A stretch of DNA of 64,000 bases. Source: the human T2T-CHM13v2.0 reference genome, Homo sapiens. The position numbers were made by a program, and so were the translations under genes. The DNA is taken from the NCBI RefSeq assembly GCF_009914755.1, contig NC_060930.1; one strand, written 5' to 3'. Below are positions 59,296 to 64,000 of this stretch, piece after piece (position 1 is the stretch's first letter; each line of letters begins with the position of its first letter). The notes below the pieces were generated by a model. That model saw nothing but the letters and a program-made list of their open reading frames with translations. It ran no database searches and had not been told where the DNA came from.

Positions 59296-60376
59296 TGTGT
59301 TGAGGGTGATGGAGTTCAGGATACTCTACCCCAAAATGTGATGCCTTGGCATTTGAGAAAACAGTGAAAACAGGAAAGTCTCTCTGACCTCCGGCCATTC
59401 CTCTCTGAAGCAGGCCATAAAACCCCAAAAGGTCATTCACTGGCCTTCTTCCCTTCTCTCCGAAGACCCTCATGAAAATGTACCCTGCCCTATACCTGGA
59501 GGAAAGGAACAAAGACACAGAGATGCCAAGAAGAATCTGAACAGATGGGCTTTGCTAAATTCCTCCCAGTTTATTACCATTAGATCATACCTCCTTTTGT
59601 TCAATCATACTTCTACATAACTGTCTACTTGCCATCAAACCTAAGCATAAAAATACATAGTTTTATCTGTTTCATGGAACTACCTTTGGGTCTTCAATTC
59701 TGAAGGCTCTCGTGTCATGTAAAATTTATACTAAATAAATGTATATGATTTTCTCTTGCTAATCTGACTTTTATTATATGTGCTTCCACCATGAACCTAA
59801 TAATGAGTGAGGGAAAGAGCATTACTTTTTCTCCTCTACAGGTGTCCTCAAGAGCACCCTTGGGCTCTATGATTCACTAGAAGGACCCACAGGACTCAGG
59901 AAAGCTCTTAGACTTATGATTGTGGTTTATTGTGAAAGGATACAAATTAATGTCAACAAAGGTAAAAGGACATCAGGTGCAAGCTTCCAGGTGTCCCCTC
60001 TCAGTTGAAGTTGCATGGGAATGAATTTAATTCTTCCAGCAACAATGTGTGACAACACGTGCAAAGTATTGCCAACCAGATAAACTCACTCAAGCCTTGG
60101 TGTCTAGGGTTTTCACTGGGGGTCAGTCACTTAGGCAATCAGCACCTGAGTGACTGATCTTAGTTATTCAATCTCTAGCACTCCAGAGATCATACGGAGT
60201 ACATAGCATGGTCCACAGCTTTGGGCATACAAAACAACCACTCTTATCAGACAGGATATTTTGAGGGCTCAAAGGTTACCACCCAGGAGTCTGTCAAGGG
60301 CCAGTCCTTTTTTTTTTTTTTTGAAAATGCAGTGTTTGAGTAATCATAGCCTGCTGAATTAACCCTTCAGTGTACA
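59296..60376 (-). mobile_element. MER21C-like LTR, split by the MER39-like LTR near its end
   Basis: 'gattcactagaaggacccacaggactcaggaaagc' ... 'gcctgctgaattaacccttcagtgtaca'; a short terminal piece (tgtgttgaggg) lies left of the nested LTR. Confidence 0.75.
59307..59840 (+). mobile_element. MER39-like ERV1 LTR
   Basis: tgatggagttcaggatactctaccccaaaat...ttggcatttgagaaaacag ... ttttctcctctaca. Confidence 0.8.
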
Positions 60377-61639
60377 CATAGATACAGTTGTGGCTGGAGA
60401 TATTGATCCCGTCCGTTCTCAGTAGGCCAGTGATGCCAGGCCTGGCATCTTAGCCATGAGCAGCCTCTTCTGGGCTTCTTTAGGGTCTGATGTAGGTGGA
60501 GTAGGAAAATGTTGGGAAGCACTGACATATATTTAAATACCTCTCCAGGTGATTCTAATGAACACTGAATGTTGGGACCTTTGTGAGTAGATGATTTTTA
60601 AGAATTTTGAAACTGTTGCTTCTATGAGTATTGAAGTTATAGTTTCTTGCAGATGTCTTTCACTTTATCTGGATTCTTATTTGCTTAAGTTTAGTTTCTG
60701 GCCAAAGATAGTACATTTTGGAGAAGTATTTCAAACAAATGCTACGGCCCCTGTTAAGTTGAAGAGAAAACATTCCAAGTGCATTCCCAGATGAGGAGGC
60801 ATCAGGAAACCCTCAGGTTAAAGGGCACTTATACTAACAGGGAGATGGGTGGGGTAGGTCCTCTAATAGGCTTTATAAAGACCTTAGGACAAAAGACTCT
60901 TGTCATTGAAAAATAATGTAATGAAAAGATGTGTAACAAATGATTGAACGATGGTGTTTTCAATTTTGTGGAATTTCTATTTTGCGGGAACTCTGGCATG
61001 TCACATGTCTCTCTAGGTCCCATTATCTTATTAGCTAGTTAGAATTAAATAAAACTACATCTGCATGATTATAGTGCTAAATATAAAGAGTATTTCTGAG
61101 AAATTTGCAAATGTAAATGTTAAATTAATTACCAGCCTAAAATTTTGTAGTCTCTAAAGTTAGTTTATAGCACATGATATGCCCACTTAGGTTATATGTT
61201 CTAAAAATGAATTAATTTGCATTTTGGTATAAGCTTTCGTCTTTGTAATTTGCTTTGAGCACAAACACTAGGTCTCTTTTATTTTCTTCCCTACATATTA
61301 CTGTGCTCTCTACGCTTCTAAGATTATTTTCATTCCTCGGTCTCTCCCTCTCCTTTAATGTTCTCTCATTCTCCTTTTTTTTTAGAACCTCATTCCTGTC
61401 CCTTAAATATAGTCGTGCCCAATTATATTTATAAGGTCCTATTCTCAGTGGTTTATTTATTTATTTATTTTGCTAATTCCTACAGAAAAGTAATTAAATA
61501 ACAAATGTGTATTGAGTGCCTACTCTGTGCCAAACAGTGTACAAGGCACTAGGGGCAGGCAGGGACTTGAAGGTCAAAGAAAGACCCTGGCCTCAAAAGC
61601 TCAGACTTTGCCTCTCACAAATTTGATGAGATTAATAAT

Positions 61640-62400
61640 TTGTATTCAGTTCCCCTCCTCTGCAGTTCCAACCTCAAATTGCAAACAAAACCCCTCTTTT
61701 TGGAAGTCCTCTTGGCAGTGCATCCCCAATGCAGAAAAATACCAAAGTCACTATTTTTCCCTGTAAACCTACTCCTTTTTTTGTGTGTGTTCCTTTTCTC
61801 TATTAAATAACATTATCCCAAGCTCCCATATTAGTAAGCTTGTCCTCCTCTGTGTAGCTACTCAGCCACTAATTCTGTTTTATTTTGCCTGTGATATGCC
61901 TCTCAAGTACATATCCTTTTCTCCATTGCCGCTGTCTTAGCATAGGCCCCTGTCAGCTCTTGCTGGCACAGGGACAGCAGCCTCCTAATTGTGTTTATGC
62001 TTCCAGGTTATCACATGGCCCCAGAATTGTCTTTCTACTCACACACTTTTCTGCATGTTGTTTTTTGCTTACTTTCAGTGTAGCACATAACCCTTCCTGA
62101 CGTGGTCCTAACTATTCTTTCATCCTCCATCACTTTCACTTGTGCTCTTGTGCCCAGGCAGCACTGAACTACGCAGAATTCCCTGCACAATCCCATGTCT
62201 TTCCATGCCTCAGTGCCTCTGATGACCCATGGGCCTGGATGCCCTTTCTCCCCATCTTTGCTTGATAAACTTCAATGGTCAAGGGCTAGTTCAGGTCCTT
62301 CTTCGGTGAACCTGTCTCCATATTTCCCAGGTAGCTGTTTCCACATCTTCCAGTTATTTGGTTATATTTCTCTTATAACACTTTTCACGCAGTAGTTTGT
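61640..62400 (+). mobile_element. L2 fragment, approximate
   Basis: Pyrimidine-rich diverged L2 3' region ('cagcctcctaattgtg', 'tctttccatgcctcagtgcct'). Confidence 0.5.
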
Positions 62401-64000
62401 ATTCTCCGGATCTTGTTTCATATCTGGAACAGATGATCAATTCTTTTTCTTTGTCTTTCTTTTTTTGATGGCTGTTGGATGAGCAAAATAAAATTTGTCA
62501 TACTTTTATATCTAAGGTTCTGTATCTATGTAATCCTTCACAACTTATTTTAGCCTTAGTAAAAGACTGAGTTGTTGAACAGTAGATGTATTTAATTTTT
62601 AATATTTAATTAATTAAGTGCCATTGTGAGATGTGAGTTTTGACTTGCTGGGTTTACATTTAGCTGAGAATTACATCTTAGTACAAAAATAGAATTCTTT
62701 TTTTTATATCTCTAACTTTCCTTTCTTAAAATATATTCCGATAGAGGAGTTGCACCTGAAAAATTAAGATAGTCCACTTTGCCTAACATATTTTCGGCAG
62801 GTAGTTTGAAGGAACCAAAAACATTCTGAGATTTTGCAAAGCATAATTGCTTTCGATTCTATGCCTATATTGTTCTTAATATTGTACTTTACACTTTAAT
62901 GAAGTGTAAAGTATTGAATAATAATATGACTTCTTTTTCTTCCTTCATGGGTTAGTAGGGATATAAATGATAGGAAGGCATATAGTTAATTCCATTTATT
63001 CTATTTATTCATTCATAAATGGGTCATGTACCTATTATCACCATTTTCCATGGTAGGATTATTGAGTCCAGTTATTATGTGAATCTTTGGGTTTTCCTTT
63101 CAATTCCAGGTATTGTAACCTGATATGTGAGTCAGTTTATTATTGTTGCAGTGTGCTCCAGGAATACATTCCTACTAATCTGATTGTCTCCACAGGGTAG
63201 ATTTTGCAGATACACTTCAACTCATTTACAGTTCAGGACAGCATGAGAGCAGGGGGATAATAAAGATTTAGTAATGTTATTGGTGTATTTGGCTGCATAT
63301 GGATATTTGTATTTTTCCAGATTTGTCTTGGATTTAGTGTTATTTCTGAGGGATTTTTCTTTTCAGTGAGTTTCATCTAAGATTGTTAAGAAGCATAGAA
63401 AGAATAGACAAGATTCTCCTTGACTAAACATTTAAATATAAAAGCACTCGGGATACAGTATAGAATGGAAATAAAAATTGGGAAAAGTGTTAAACTGACC
63501 CCAAACATTAACTGTTTATAGTGGATTGAGTGGTTCCAAGCTGTAGAGGGAACTATCCAAAATGGTACAATTAAAATAAAAATGAATTTTAAATACTCAT
63601 TCCCCCAATTAAGTGTGTGCTGTTATGACACTTCAGCTATTACTCATTAATTACTGCATAATTTGTGAGGCAAATTAAACAGATCTATAGCCATTGGATA
63701 AATGATCCACACTCCAGCAGCTTGCAACTGTCTGTGGTTCCTTGCACATACTAGGTGTTTTTATTCCTGTTTTGTCTTTACTGATTTAGTCCCATCTGCT
63801 GGAGTATACATAACTTCTGCTCAGTCCTTAAGGCTCATAGCAGGTGACACTGATTGCAGGATATTTTCTTGTTACTCTCAGGCTGGGATAGGTGCCTCTA
63901 TTTTACATAAGTCTATCACTGTATTTTTCCATCCCATTTTTACAATTACCTTTCACATGTTGGTTTCTACTATTAGACTATGAGGTCCTTGAAATTAGGG

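Overview
Primate, almost certainly human-lineage, non-coding genomic DNA: AT-rich, with AluS/AluY, L1, L2, MIR, MaLR/ERVL/ERV1 LTRs and hAT MITEs. I find no credible protein-coding exon. The only gene-derived feature is a full-length, decayed GAPDH processed pseudogene on the minus strand (10872-12200) with an old tandem duplication in its 3' UTR. There is a complete HERV-W (LTR17) solo LTR with a 4-bp TSD at 18057-18809. The most unusual structure is a set of local duplications of sequence I do not recognise as a transposon. (1) A ~310-bp inverted repeat (31928-32241 / 33915-34224, ~89% identical by hand alignment) has exon-shaped arms flanking a MER57/MER93-type LTR. (2) A ~160-bp inverted repeat (21224-21383 / 21688-21853) has a 39-bp perfect core. 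(3) A ~210-bp direct repeat lies at 14683-14893 / 16230-16451. Also notable are an AluY that kept its CpGs despite many non-CpG changes, and a 54-bp L1 snippet inserted between microhomologies. Repeat family names are from recalled consensus sequences, not a database search, and boundaries of old repeats are approximate.
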